DNA of 20,000 nt from an uncultured virus (IMG/VR IMGVR_UViG_2579779168_000001) (IMGVR_UViG_2579779168_000001), one strand, 5' to 3'. Shown: positions 1 through 8,754, numbered from the stretch's first letter. Notes: generated by a model from the sequence alone, not told the origin. Made by a program: numbers and translations.

Positions 1-29
1 AACGGGCGCGGGATGCGCCCCGATCTGCC

Positions 30-326
30 CTAGCGGGCGGATTCCATTCGGCGGTGGCGCCCCTGCCCTGATGGTCGGAACACCTTCGCGTTGCGGGTAA
101 GAGGCTGGCGGCCGCGGTCTTCGGCGCGATCCTTCGCTCGAGCCGCAGCGATGATCGCTTCAACCTCGGTCGGGAAAATCCGGGCGATCGGCTTACCGTT
201 CTCGCGGGTCACAACGCCGTCGACCGTCAGGGTGCGGAAACCGACGCCGGGCGCGATGTACCAAGCCGTCCAGCCGACCTTGCCGGGGATCGGATCGGCG
301 CCGAAATCGCGAGGCAGCATGCTCAT
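30..326 (-). CDS. Phage hypothetical protein (98 aa, MSMLPRDFGADP...)
   Basis: ATG at 326 overlaps the stop of the upstream gene (ATGA) and follows a GAGGG SD-like sequence; C-terminal part of track ORF 30..560. Confidence 0.6.
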   Translation of the reverse strand: MSMLPRDFGADPIPGKVGWTAWYIAPGVGFRTLTVDGVVTRENGKPIARIFPTEVEAIIAAARAKDRAEDRGRQPLTRNAKVFRPSGQGRHRRMESAR

Positions 327-814
327 GCCGCCCTCGCCTGCTTGCGCTGCCGGGTCGCCTCTTCGAAGTCTTTGAGCAAATGCGGCGGGCAGAGGTGCGG
401 GAAGCTCAGGCTTTCCGGATCCTGTGCCCAGTGCGGGTTCCATTCCTGGCCAGTGCGCCATGCCTCCAGCCGTTGGCGCCACTGGCGCTCCTTGGCCTCC
501 GGGCTCTTCGCGGCAATGGTCCGGATGGTGTGGGCGACGACCGCCGTCGACGGGAGCCACGTCCTATCGACACCTTCGACTTCGCCGCTGATGAGCTGCC
601 GGATACCTTCCTGAATCGACCAAGCGCTGAACTCTCCGAGGACCATCACGTACACGGCGGCGAGCTGAGCCGGGTCATCACGCTGCTGGCTGGCGAAGGC
701 CCGAAACAGCAAGGAGAGGCTCGCCCCGAGCTCGGCTTTGGTCGGCTTTCGAACCAATTCGGCGCCTACTGGGACCGGCTGCTTTCCTGCTGGGATTGCG
801 GGACTATTGTTCAT
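323..814 (-). CDS. Phage protein downstream of the initiator; possible helicase loader/inhibitor (lambda P / SPP1 G39P-like position)
   Basis: 163 aa helical ORF with a W-L-P-S-T motif resembling the F/W-x-P-S/T motif of loader-like phage proteins; directly follows the initiator gene. Function is inferred. Confidence 0.55.
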   Translation of the reverse strand: MNNSPAIPAGKQPVPVGAELVRKPTKAELGASLSLLFRAFASQQRDDPAQLAAVYVMVLGEFSAWSIQEGIRQLISGEVEGVDRTWLPSTAVVAHTIRTIAAKSPEAKERQWRQRLEAWRTGQEWNPHWAQDPESLSFPHLCPPHLLKDFEEATRQRKQARAA

Positions 815-1679
815 CGGGGAAGAGCTCCATCACTGTTCTGAGACCTGCGACCAATCGATCATCTGAGGACGGCCGCCGTGGCGCATCGCGTGCTCCGGTT
901 GGCCCAGGCCTCGCGTCGGCGTGCGTGATCGCTCCAACGAAGCCGGGACGGCTCATGTCGGCATCGGGTGGCGGCGCGTTGTTGCGAATCCAGTTTCGGT
1001 ATGCCGCTGCCCAATCGAGCTTCACGGCATTCGGTGACGAGGCGGCCCAGTCCTTGAACCGTTCTGTTTCTTCCTGGCAGGCGCGATTGCTAGGCAGTCG
1101 TTCGCGGGCATAGGCCTTGAGCTCGTCATCCGGCCACCAATCCGATGGGAGCCGAGTCCCGCGCTTCCGGCCTTTCGCCTTGCGAGGATCGGCATCGGCA
1201 TTCGGCTGCTCGTGCGCATCCCGAAGAGACGAAGTCTCTGAGGATATGTCTTCTCTCCTCTCCTCTTCTCTTCTCTGGTTCGTTTTGCTTGAAGCAAGTG
1301 CTTCATCTGCGTCGTTGATTTTCAACGCGTTGCGACGAATTTCCCCGCTGCGTATGCCACCTGTCCTCCCGGCGTCTGCCCTGTGTGTCGACTGTGTCTT
1401 CCGGGTGTCTAGCTCCTGTGTCACCCGGGTGTTGGTCAGATGCCCGTCACCAGTGGGCACGATCTTGCCCGCGGCGATCAGGTCATCGCGGAGCTTCGAT
1501 GCCTTGTTCGGATGGCACTTCCAGAGGCGCCCGAGCACCATCTTGTCATCGACGACCGCGCTCTTGCGCCGGTACATCTGGTGGCAAAAGCGGAGGTATG
1601 CGCCCTCCTGCTCAAGGGAGAGGGTGTCGGTCCCCTCGTCCCAAGCCTCGTATTCCATCTTGTAGAATTCGCCCCTCAC
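804..1679 (-). CDS. Phage replication initiator, DUF1376/YdaU-like N-terminal domain (lambda O analogue)
   Basis: GTG start overlapping the dnaB stop (GTGA). N-terminus FYKMEYEAWDEGTDTLSLEQEGAYLRFCHQMY, then a low-complexity linker, then C-terminal RGTRLPSDW...F.DW...KLDWAAAYRNW, typical of phage initiators. Confidence 0.8.
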   Translation of the reverse strand: MRGEFYKMEYEAWDEGTDTLSLEQEGAYLRFCHQMYRRKSAVVDDKMVLGRLWKCHPNKASKLRDDLIAAGKIVPTGDGHLTNTRVTQELDTRKTQSTHRADAGRTGGIRSGEIRRNALKINDADEALASSKTNQRREEERREDISSETSSLRDAHEQPNADADPRKAKGRKRGTRLPSDWWPDDELKAYARERLPSNRACQEETERFKDWAASSPNAVKLDWAAAYRNWIRNNAPPPDADMSRPGFVGAITHADARPGPTGARDAPRRPSSDDRLVAGLRTVMELFPDEQ

Positions 1680-3100
1680 CGGCCATCTCCATGGATGCCG
1701 CAGACGATGGAGCGGCCCGGATCGCACCAGAGGTTGACGCGGCCGGTCTGGCCCTGCCGGCTCTTCTCGATGCCGATCTCGATGTTGTTGCGGACGGCAT
1801 CGGCTTCGTCATGCGCGGCTTGGTCGCCGCGGCGGAAGGCTTCGGTGCGCGTGGCGTAATAGTGCTCGCGGTAGAGCATCAGGACGGCGTCGGCGGCCTC
1901 TTCGATCTCACCGGAGGCGCGTAGATCCGAAAGCTGCGGCCGCTTGTCCTCGCGCTTCTCGACGTCCCGGCCGAGCTGGCAGCACAGCATGACGGTGCAT
2001 TCCAGGCTCTTCGCCATGACCTTGGCGGCGTTGGCAATCTCACCGAGTTCGTTGACCTTGTTGCCCTGGTATCGGCTCGATGGCTTCACCAGCATGGCGT
2101 GGTCGATCAGAGCGAGACGAAGCCGTTTTCCCTGCTTGTCGAGACGGTCAGCGTATTTGCGGGATTCGACGAGAATGTCCGCCATGCTGAGCGCTGGCGT
2201 GTCGTCGATGCGGAGCGGTTCCTTCTTCGCCTGACCTGCGGCCCACATATAGGCCTCAAGCTCGTTCTCGGTGGTGTGCCCCGACAGGACTTCACCGTAG
2301 GTCGGGCCCTTTGACCCCAGACGCTCGCAGATGACCCGTGCAGCGATCTCTTTCGATGGCACCTCGAGCGAATAGTACTGCGTGCCGCCGCCCTGGCTGC
2401 TCATCTTCGAAGCGAGAGCGGAACCCATGAGGGTCTTGCCGGCCCCAGTTCTCCCGGCGAGGACATAAAGCGCGCCCGGTGCCAGCCCCCGCATCGGCAG
2501 ATGCTTGTCGAGATCTGGGATGCCGCAGGATGGCGGCCGCTCCAGTTCGCCGCGCATCATGGCCTCAGCCTCGCGGCCGGCCTGTTCAGCGATGTCGCCC
2601 AAGCTTCCGCGGCTGGACCGACGCTGATCGGTCGCCGCATCGCGGAGGGCATCGACGGATTCGATAAGCCCCCGCGCCAGATCCGAGACATCCGAGGTCG
2701 CAATCTGGCTCCGGGCGCCGTCTGCGGCGTCGAAGATGCGACGGACGACCCATGCGCTGCGGATGATCTTGGCGTATTCGGCCAGAGACCCGGCCGGCGC
2801 AGCAATCGCTGCCATGCGGGCGACCAGCTTATCGATCGAACCGCCCTCGCCCATCAGGACAGAGGCGCCACCCTGAACGACGGTGCGGAAATCGACCGTA
2901 CCGCCGCGGGCGACGATGTCGATGATGCGGCGATATAGAGCACCGGCGGAGAGATCGCCGAAGTGCTCTTCCTGCAGGCCAGTCAGCATGACGCTGCTGA
3001 TCGCCGGCGGTGCCATCAGCATGCCGCCGATCAGCGCCATCTCCGTTTCAGAGATCTCGCGGAACCAGTCACTGAATTGGTCGGGGGCCATCGCGTTCAC
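1676..3100 (-). CDS. dnaB: Replicative DNA helicase, DnaB family (phage-encoded)
   Basis: Walker A AGRTGAGKT, YSLEV, LIDH (Walker B), QLGRDVEKREDKRPQLSDLRASGEIEEAADAVLMLYRE, KSRQGQTG; N-terminal E.ALIG..L domain. Confidence 0.93.
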   Translation of the reverse strand: MNAMAPDQFSDWFREISETEMALIGGMLMAPPAISSVMLTGLQEEHFGDLSAGALYRRIIDIVARGGTVDFRTVVQGGASVLMGEGGSIDKLVARMAAIAAPAGSLAEYAKIIRSAWVVRRIFDAADGARSQIATSDVSDLARGLIESVDALRDAATDQRRSSRGSLGDIAEQAGREAEAMMRGELERPPSCGIPDLDKHLPMRGLAPGALYVLAGRTGAGKTLMGSALASKMSSQGGGTQYYSLEVPSKEIAARVICERLGSKGPTYGEVLSGHTTENELEAYMWAAGQAKKEPLRIDDTPALSMADILVESRKYADRLDKQGKRLRLALIDHAMLVKPSSRYQGNKVNELGEIANAAKVMAKSLECTVMLCCQLGRDVEKREDKRPQLSDLRASGEIEEAADAVLMLYREHYYATRTEAFRRGDQAAHDEADAVRNNIEIGIEKSRQGQTGRVNLWCDPGRSIVCGIHGDGR

Positions 3101-3897
3101 AGCAGCCTCCCGAAGGTTGCTTGCTGCGGGGCTGGCAGCTCCGGCGGCTTCCAGTCATCCCAGAGAGCATCAATCTCGGCAAAGTTGCGAGGATGCTGCC
3201 GACAGAAGTCGGGCCACTGCGGGCCGCGCCGGTATGCGCCGTCGACCGTGACGATCCAGCGGTTGGCAACGAAGAGCCTGTGGTTCAGATCCAGATGCTT
3301 GAAGTCCGCCCGGCAGACCCAGCCGCGGCGCTCGAGGATGCAGGCCAGTTTAAGAGCCTTGATCTTCCACGGTGTCAGTGTGAGCGGCGACGGCGTTCCG
3401 GCTTGGGTATCCGGCACGAATTCGGGCAGCGGGCAGCGCTTGGCCGGCAGCATCTGCGGCCATGCATCGTTCCACGAGCTACCCCACTCGACATCCTCGC
3501 GCGGGATCTCCGGATAGATGTAGCCGCGCTCGTCGATTGTCACGACCTGGACACCCATGCGATGGCAGATCGACCGGTGGAGCTCGCTTCCTGTGCCGTG
3601 CGGAACAAGCACGGCGCGGCAGTCGGGCCCGGGCGCGCACGGGTCTCGTGGCTCCAGCGCCTGCATGATGACGTGGTCGTTGAGACGGAGCTTCGCCTCG
3701 AACCCGATCTGCAGGCCACCGCGCTCGCGCACCAACAGGATGTCCCAGCCCGCAGTCTCCGGGTAAGAAATCCATCCCGTCGGCTTCGGCGGCCGAGAGC
3801 TTTCCCAGCCTGGGCGGTGGGCGGTCCCGGTCGCAATCGCGATGAAGCGGGAGCACATCTCAGCCTCGGTCGCGAATTGAGCAACCCTCTTCTTCAT
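3097..3897 (-). CDS. Phage protein with a PD-(D/E)xK nuclease-like motif
   Basis: YPETAGWDILLV...QIGFEAKL matches the E...D-x(n)-E-x-K pattern; ATGA/GTGA coupling at both ends. Confidence 0.65.
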   Translation of the reverse strand: MKKRVAQFATEAEMCSRFIAIATGTAHRPGWESSRPPKPTGWISYPETAGWDILLVRERGGLQIGFEAKLRLNDHVIMQALEPRDPCAPGPDCRAVLVPHGTGSELHRSICHRMGVQVVTIDERGYIYPEIPREDVEWGSSWNDAWPQMLPAKRCPLPEFVPDTQAGTPSPLTLTPWKIKALKLACILERRGWVCRADFKHLDLNHRLFVANRWIVTVDGAYRRGPQWPDFCRQHPRNFAEIDALWDDWKPPELPAPQQATFGRLL

Positions 3898-4160
3898 CTC
3901 GCCCTCCGCTGGAAGTGACCAACAAGGACGCCAACGAGCGCAGGGACATCGAGAGGCGAGACGGCGCCATTCCGTTCCACGCGAGCGAGGACGATTTCCA
4001 GCGCCGCGGCTGGGCTGGTGAGGCCGGCGTGGAACCCAGCCTCATGCTGGCCGATCGCTTCCCATGCGATCTTCGCTTCGCCACTGCTGTTGGAACGGGT
4101 GGTGAGGACGAGCGTCCAGTCAGCGGCACCGATGTCGACGATGTCTGCCGAGATGGTCAT
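3894..4160 (-). CDS. Phage hypothetical protein (88 aa)
   Basis: Overlaps both neighbours by ATGA and fills the operon gap exactly. Confidence 0.65.
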   Translation of the reverse strand: MTISADIVDIGAADWTLVLTTRSNSSGEAKIAWEAIGQHEAGFHAGLTSPAAALEIVLARVERNGAVSPLDVPALVGVLVGHFQRRAR

Positions 4161-5179
4161 GCGGCCACGACCCCAGCCATCATTGGTGCCGCTTCCTTGG
4201 CCGCCAGGATCTGCGCCGCTTGCCGGAAATAGTCCTTGTTCAGCTCGGTCCCGATGAACTTGCGGCCGGTATCGAGCGCCTTGAACCCCTCGCTGCCGAT
4301 GCCGGCATACGGCGACAGAACCAAATCGCCGGGGTTCGACCAGAGACGAATACAGCGCTCGATCAGGTCGAGCGGCATCGGGCAGAGATGCCGGACCGCC
4401 TCAGGGTCGCGCGAGAAGACGGTGTTCAGTACGTCCGTCTCGTCAGTGTCGTCCCATACCGGTGACGCCCAGCGCTGCCAGATGTCGAGCGCTTCGAAAT
4501 ATCGCGGATCGGCCTTTTGGTCCTTGTCGCTGAGGGACGTATAGTCCGGCAGAGCGTCATGACTGAGCACGCGGCGCGTGACGAACTGAGCGCCCTCACC
4601 TGCCCACAACGGCCAGTCTCCGGGCAAGTGCACTACAGGATGATCATCCATGCCGTCCGCCCATTTGCGGAAGGTCACGATGTATTCTGGCAAGCCCTGA
4701 CGGACGCGGCCGGCATCAGTTCGGAAGTTCTTGTAGAGCAGGCCGTCCGGCTTGGACTTGGTCATCTCGCGGACGGGGCAGCGCCGCACCGTCGTCTTGG
4801 AGTGGAGCGTCCAACCCGCGCGCCGGTGTGTGCGAATGCAGTCTCCGGTGAAGTCCGTCAGGCCCCGATCGCCGCGCTCGCTGGCGTTCGAGTAATAGAC
4901 CATGTCCTTGACGTGGATCGAAACGTGCCGCCCGGGTTTGATGACCCGGAACAGCTCGCGAGCGACGTAGGAATAGGCCTCTTGGAACTCCTCATCGCTC
5001 GCGACATTGCCCATGTCGCGCTCGCAATCCGAATAGATGTAGAGGTTGGAGAACGGCGGGCTGTAGACGGAAAAATCGACGCTGTTGTCAGGCAATCGCG
5101 ACAGCACTTCGACGCAATCGGCGTTCCAGAGTGTGAAGTTTTCGCCCTCGGCGATACCGTCGTGCGGAATCTCGATCAT
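4157..5179 (-). CDS. DNA methyltransferase, N4-C/N6-A family, beta-type motif order
   Basis: DCVEVL..LPDNSVDFSVYSPPF (motif IV) near the N-terminus; HLCPMPLDLIERCIRLWSNPGDLVLSPYAGIGSEG...GRKFIGTEL (motifs X/I) near the C-terminus. Confidence 0.93.
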   Translation of the reverse strand: MIEIPHDGIAEGENFTLWNADCVEVLSRLPDNSVDFSVYSPPFSNLYIYSDCERDMGNVASDEEFQEAYSYVARELFRVIKPGRHVSIHVKDMVYYSNASERGDRGLTDFTGDCIRTHRRAGWTLHSKTTVRRCPVREMTKSKPDGLLYKNFRTDAGRVRQGLPEYIVTFRKWADGMDDHPVVHLPGDWPLWAGEGAQFVTRRVLSHDALPDYTSLSDKDQKADPRYFEALDIWQRWASPVWDDTDETDVLNTVFSRDPEAVRHLCPMPLDLIERCIRLWSNPGDLVLSPYAGIGSEGFKALDTGRKFIGTELNKDYFRQAAQILAAKEAAPMMAGVVAA

Positions 5180-6579
5180 GCCACCCTCATGAATTTTGGA
5201 AGCGGAGACGCCTGAGACGGCGCGTAATCGTTGAGGACCGAGGAGGAGAGGGCCGCACGGCCCATGGCCGCCGTCATCTCTCGCTTCATGAGATCGTGGT
5301 CCCCGGCCTTGCGGGCGATTGCCTGTCCGATCGCCGCCTCGGTGTCGGCACAGACGACATGGACATGAACGGGCCGCGTTTGGCCAAAACGCCAGCAGCG
5401 CCGAACTGCCTGGTAATAGCTCTCGTAGGAGAAGCTGAGCCCGACGAAGGCCATGCGGGCACAGTGCTGCCAGTTCAGGCCATATCCTGCGACCGATGGC
5501 TTGCTGATCAGGTGCTTGATCTCGCCGCGGGAGAAGGCGTCGAGGCGCTTTTCTTTGATCTCCGCGATCTGGCTGCCACGGACCTCCGTCGCATCGGGCA
5601 TCGCCTCGCGAAGTGCATCGGCCTCATAGTCGGTGTCGCACCAGATAATCCATGGCTCGCCCGCATCCGCCGCGACGATCTCTGCAACCTTCTCCGCGCG
5701 AGCTCGCACGGTCATACGCTTCTCTCGATGGATGGAGGTGGCGGACATCTCTGGCAGACGGAACATGCGAGCCTGCCCGTCGCGCTCCTCGCCGGCATCG
5801 CCGCTCACATCGGCTCGAATGAGGTGGCGATGCTGGACGAGCTCGGGCAGCACATAACCATCGTCCGGGAAACCGATATCAGACGGCATGCCGATGCATC
5901 GCGACCACGAAGCCATCCATTCCCAGAACGACTTGGCGGCGGCACGCTTCAGCCGATAGCGCGCCATCTGCGCCTGGTCCGAGATGAACCAGCGTGAAAG
6001 CATTTCGTTCGCGGCCATGACACCGAGAAAGGCCGATTGCTGGCCCAGTTCCATGTGATCGTTCGGCGCCGGCGTCGCCGTCGCGGAAAGGCGATATGGC
6101 GTCGACTTGAAGATCTCGATCAGCTTGCGTGTCGTGACGCCCGTAAAGCTCTTGAGGATCGACGACTCGTCGAGAATGACCGCGCCGAACTGCGAGACAT
6201 CGAAGCGATCCAGTCGCTCATAGTTGGTGATGACGATGCGGGCGCGATCGGAGGGGACTGGCTCGCGCCGGAAGACGGCATCAATGCCCCAGCGCTGCGC
6301 CTCGCGCTCATGCTGGGCCCCAACGGCGAGCGGTGCCAGCATCAGCGCCGGCCGGTTGGTATGTTCAACGACGACGCGGCCGTATTCGAGCGCGGCGAAG
6401 CTCTTGCCCAGGCCAGTATCGAGGAAATGCGCTGCGCGGCCGGTGCGTAGGGCGAACTCGACGCAATGTTCCTGATGCGGCTTTAGCGCTGAATTCAGGG
6501 CTGGGATCCGCGCAAGCCCCGATGGCACGGCAGCGATGCGCTTAGATGCAACCAGGGCGTGATAGGCCTCAATGCTCAT
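5176..6579 (-). CDS. SNF2-related (SF2) helicase/ATPase
   Basis: LKPHQ, DTGLGKS (motif I), ILDESS (II), SATATPAPND (III), GLNWQ (V), QAVRRCWRFGQ (VI); ATG at 6579 overlaps the upstream stop. Confidence 0.92.
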   Translation of the reverse strand: MSIEAYHALVASKRIAAVPSGLARIPALNSALKPHQEHCVEFALRTGRAAHFLDTGLGKSFAALEYGRVVVEHTNRPALMLAPLAVGAQHEREAQRWGIDAVFRREPVPSDRARIVITNYERLDRFDVSQFGAVILDESSILKSFTGVTTRKLIEIFKSTPYRLSATATPAPNDHMELGQQSAFLGVMAANEMLSRWFISDQAQMARYRLKRAAAKSFWEWMASWSRCIGMPSDIGFPDDGYVLPELVQHRHLIRADVSGDAGEERDGQARMFRLPEMSATSIHREKRMTVRARAEKVAEIVAADAGEPWIIWCDTDYEADALREAMPDATEVRGSQIAEIKEKRLDAFSRGEIKHLISKPSVAGYGLNWQHCARMAFVGLSFSYESYYQAVRRCWRFGQTRPVHVHVVCADTEAAIGQAIARKAGDHDLMKREMTAAMGRAALSSSVLNDYAPSQASPLPKFMRVA

Positions 6580-6911
6580 GCCACGCCTCCCCGCAGGAGG
6601 CATTCGGCGGCGCGCTGATCGAAGGTGGCGCGAGCAATGCCGATGTTGCGGCAGTAGGCCGCGATCCGCTGTTCCAGATCACGAGGGAGGCTGGTCTGGT
6701 CGATCACCTCAATGGAGCGCGCGCGGTTCGGCAGGCGGCGGATAGCGCCGCGCTCCTCAAGATTGGCCATCAGTCGGAACACGCCTGACTTGGAGCGTAG
6801 ACCAACTCCGGCTGCCATCTGCTCATAGGAAGGCGGCTGCCCTTCGCGAGCGGCAAACTCGTTCACGAAATCCAACAGCGCGCGCTGCCGCTTTGTCAGG
6901 CCCGTGCTCAT
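6576..6911 (-). CDS. LexA-type winged-helix DNA-binding protein lacking the peptidase domain; short RHH-like C-terminus
   Basis: LTKRQRALLDFV...PPSYEQM...LRSKSGVFRLMANLEERGAIRRLPNRARSIEVI closely resembles the alphaproteobacterial LexA N-terminus. Only 111 aa, with no Ser/Lys dyad domain. Confidence 0.88.
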   Translation of the reverse strand: MSTGLTKRQRALLDFVNEFAAREGQPPSYEQMAAGVGLRSKSGVFRLMANLEERGAIRRLPNRARSIEVIDQTSLPRDLEQRIAAYCRNIGIARATFDQRAAECLLRGGVA

Positions 6912-7474
6912 CAGGCGGCTCCTGCGATGAAAGGGTCGCGCATCCGCATCCGGGCGACGGCATCGCGGGCGGCGAAATCGGGGTCGGCTTTGAAGGCGAC
7001 GGCGAACCAGAGGCAGAGAGCGTCACTGTGGTTGTCGTCGACGAATTCGAGACCGCGGGTCAGGCATTCCTGCTTGACGGCCGCTTTGGCTTCTTCGCGT
7101 TTCAGGCGGCCTTTGCCCTTGCCAAGGAAGGCGATGCGGGCCTGCGCAGGCTGGACCTCGTCACAGCGAACGCGCAGCAGATGGGAGATGCCGAGAATTC
7201 CCCAGCGCATCCCAGCCTGCATCATGATGGTGTCGATGTTGGTGAAGCCCTGGCCCTGCTTCCCGGCAATCGTCTGTGTCGAGAATTCGAAGGCGACGCG
7301 GTCTGGCTGATGCAGCCCGATCATGTCGCCAACGAACTGAAGCTGCTCACCCGCGATCTTGCCGTGATCTGACCCTGACGGCGCGAGACGGCGCGTTCCG
7401 CCGATCAGCTTTCCGCCGATGGGGGCAAACGCCCATCCCGTCTTCACGCCGATGTCGAAGGTGAGCAGTTTCAT
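6911..7474 (-). CDS. RuvC-like Holliday junction resolvase (phage type)
   Basis: LLTFDIGVKTGWA (first catalytic D), VAFE, DDNHSDAL (C-terminal acidic pair). Confidence 0.8.
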   Translation of the reverse strand: MKLLTFDIGVKTGWAFAPIGGKLIGGTRRLAPSGSDHGKIAGEQLQFVGDMIGLHQPDRVAFEFSTQTIAGKQGQGFTNIDTIMMQAGMRWGILGISHLLRVRCDEVQPAQARIAFLGKGKGRLKREEAKAAVKQECLTRGLEFVDDNHSDALCLWFAVAFKADPDFAARDAVARMRMRDPFIAGAA

Positions 7475-7476
7475 GG

Positions 7477-8133
7477 TCAGTGGACCGAGCCGGCTTCGCG
7501 CTCTTCCTCGCGAGCGCGCAGGAAGGCGGGACGGATGTCCTCGTCGAAGTCCTCGGACGGCGCCGGCGGAACTTCGTCATCGACGGGTGCAGCGGCGACT
7601 TCGGGAGCGGCTTCGGCCTGAGCTTCGACAGCCTTCTTGCGACCGCCCCTGCCCTTCGGCTTCGCCGGCTCGGTCGGTGCTTCGGTCTTCAGGTTCTCGA
7701 GATCGAGCGCTTCGCCAGCGGCGGCACGGTTCTGCTCGGTGAAGATGCGGTTCGCGGCTTCGGCGGCGGTTTCTTGCTGCGCGCCCTCGTCTTCGTCGCC
7801 ATCCTGCTTGGCGGCGGCCTTCGACATCCGGTCAAGATCGCCAACATGCCCGGCGTTCTCGAATTCCTCGTCGAGGAGGTCGAGCAGGAAGCGGAGATGG
7901 GCGACGTGCTCGCGGGCCTTGAGCTCGTTGTTCTTGGCCTTCCGGAAGATCGAAGCGGCATGCCGGAACGACGGACCATGCAGATTGCCGATCTCGATCT
8001 GCGTCTTCACGCGATCGCCGTAGGTGCCGTTGATGCTGGACGTCTCTTCCTTCGCCTTGTTGTTGGCGACGAAGAGCGCCTTCACCACGGATGGTGCTGG
8101 GAATTTGATCGGGGCTTCGGATTCCGGCTTCAT
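7477..8133 (-). CDS. Phage protein with a helical, possibly GapR/DUF2312-like N-terminus and an acidic disordered tail
   Basis: AGGAG SD upstream; clear coding bias; N-terminal helix-Gly-helix pattern loosely resembles GapR. The family call is weak. Confidence 0.6.
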   Translation of the reverse strand: MKPESEAPIKFPAPSVVKALFVANNKAKEETSSINGTYGDRVKTQIEIGNLHGPSFRHAASIFRKAKNNELKAREHVAHLRFLLDLLDEEFENAGHVGDLDRMSKAAAKQDGDEDEGAQQETAAEAANRIFTEQNRAAAGEALDLENLKTEAPTEPAKPKGRGGRKKAVEAQAEAAPEVAAAPVDDEVPPAPSEDFDEDIRPAFLRAREEEREAGSVH

Positions 8134-8158
8134 GTGTGCGCGCTCCTGGGGCTGGTGG

Positions 8159-8608
8159 TCAGTGGTGAAGCTGTTCGGGGAGGCCGGGCTCGGGGATGCG
8201 TCCTTCGCGGATCATCCGCTGATGGATCTGGCGGATGCGCTCGGCGCCGGCTGACGGTGTCTTGAACCGGGTGCGCGGCGCGAAGCGCAGGACGCTCATC
8301 GGCTCGCGTGCATCGAGATCCGGGATGCTGATGTGAGGCAGCGTCGGCTTCGGGCTGGTCTCAATCACCGGCTCTGATGGCGCCTCAGTCGGCGCTGGCT
8401 GACGACGGACCGGCTCGCGGACAATGCGTTCTGCCGGAGCCCGCCGCTGCAGGCGGACGCGCTCGCGATGCTTCAACTTGGTGTCGCCGACATCCAGCGC
8501 CCAAGCGACGGAACTGCGCGGGCGCCGAAGGCGGCGTGCGATCTCGCCAATCAGCATTCCTTCTGCACGAAGGCGCTTGGCGCTTGCATGCCAGTCTGGG
8601 GGGTTCAT
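8159..8608 (-). CDS. HTH-containing phage protein (149 aa)
   Basis: AKRLRAEGMLIGEIARRLRRPRSSVAWAL is an HTH pattern; ATG at 8608 has a GGAG SD and an ATGA overlap. Confidence 0.7.
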   Translation of the reverse strand: MNPPDWHASAKRLRAEGMLIGEIARRLRRPRSSVAWALDVGDTKLKHRERVRLQRRAPAERIVREPVRRQPAPTEAPSEPVIETSPKPTLPHISIPDLDAREPMSVLRFAPRTRFKTPSAGAERIRQIHQRMIREGRIPEPGLPEQLHH

Positions 8609-8754
8609 GGGCGTGGCTCCGAGAGGTTTTTGGCCTGCCGGTCGCACCACTCCGCGCCATCGGCGAAGGCCGCTGCTGGAAACATCGTCAGCCGGGAAAG
8701 CTTGGCGAGGAACCAAGACAGACCGGCCAGGAAAAACGCGAGAAGGCCCCGCAT
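8605..8754 (-). CDS. Small protein with a hydrophobic N-terminus (49 aa, MRGLLAFFLAGLSWFLAKLSRLTMFPAAAFADGAEWCDRQAKNLSEPRP); not in the ORF track
   Basis: Translated by hand; AGGAGG SD just upstream of the ATG; stop overlaps the next ATG (ATGA). Confidence 0.65.
   Translation of the reverse strand: MRGLLAFFLAGLSWFLAKLSRLTMFPAAAFADGAEWCDRQAKNLSEPRP

Noticed and set aside
6576..6911. Host lexA gene or lexA pseudogene
   Set aside because: Intact ORF coupled at both ends within a phage operon, with a distinct C-terminus and no peptidase remnant downstream.
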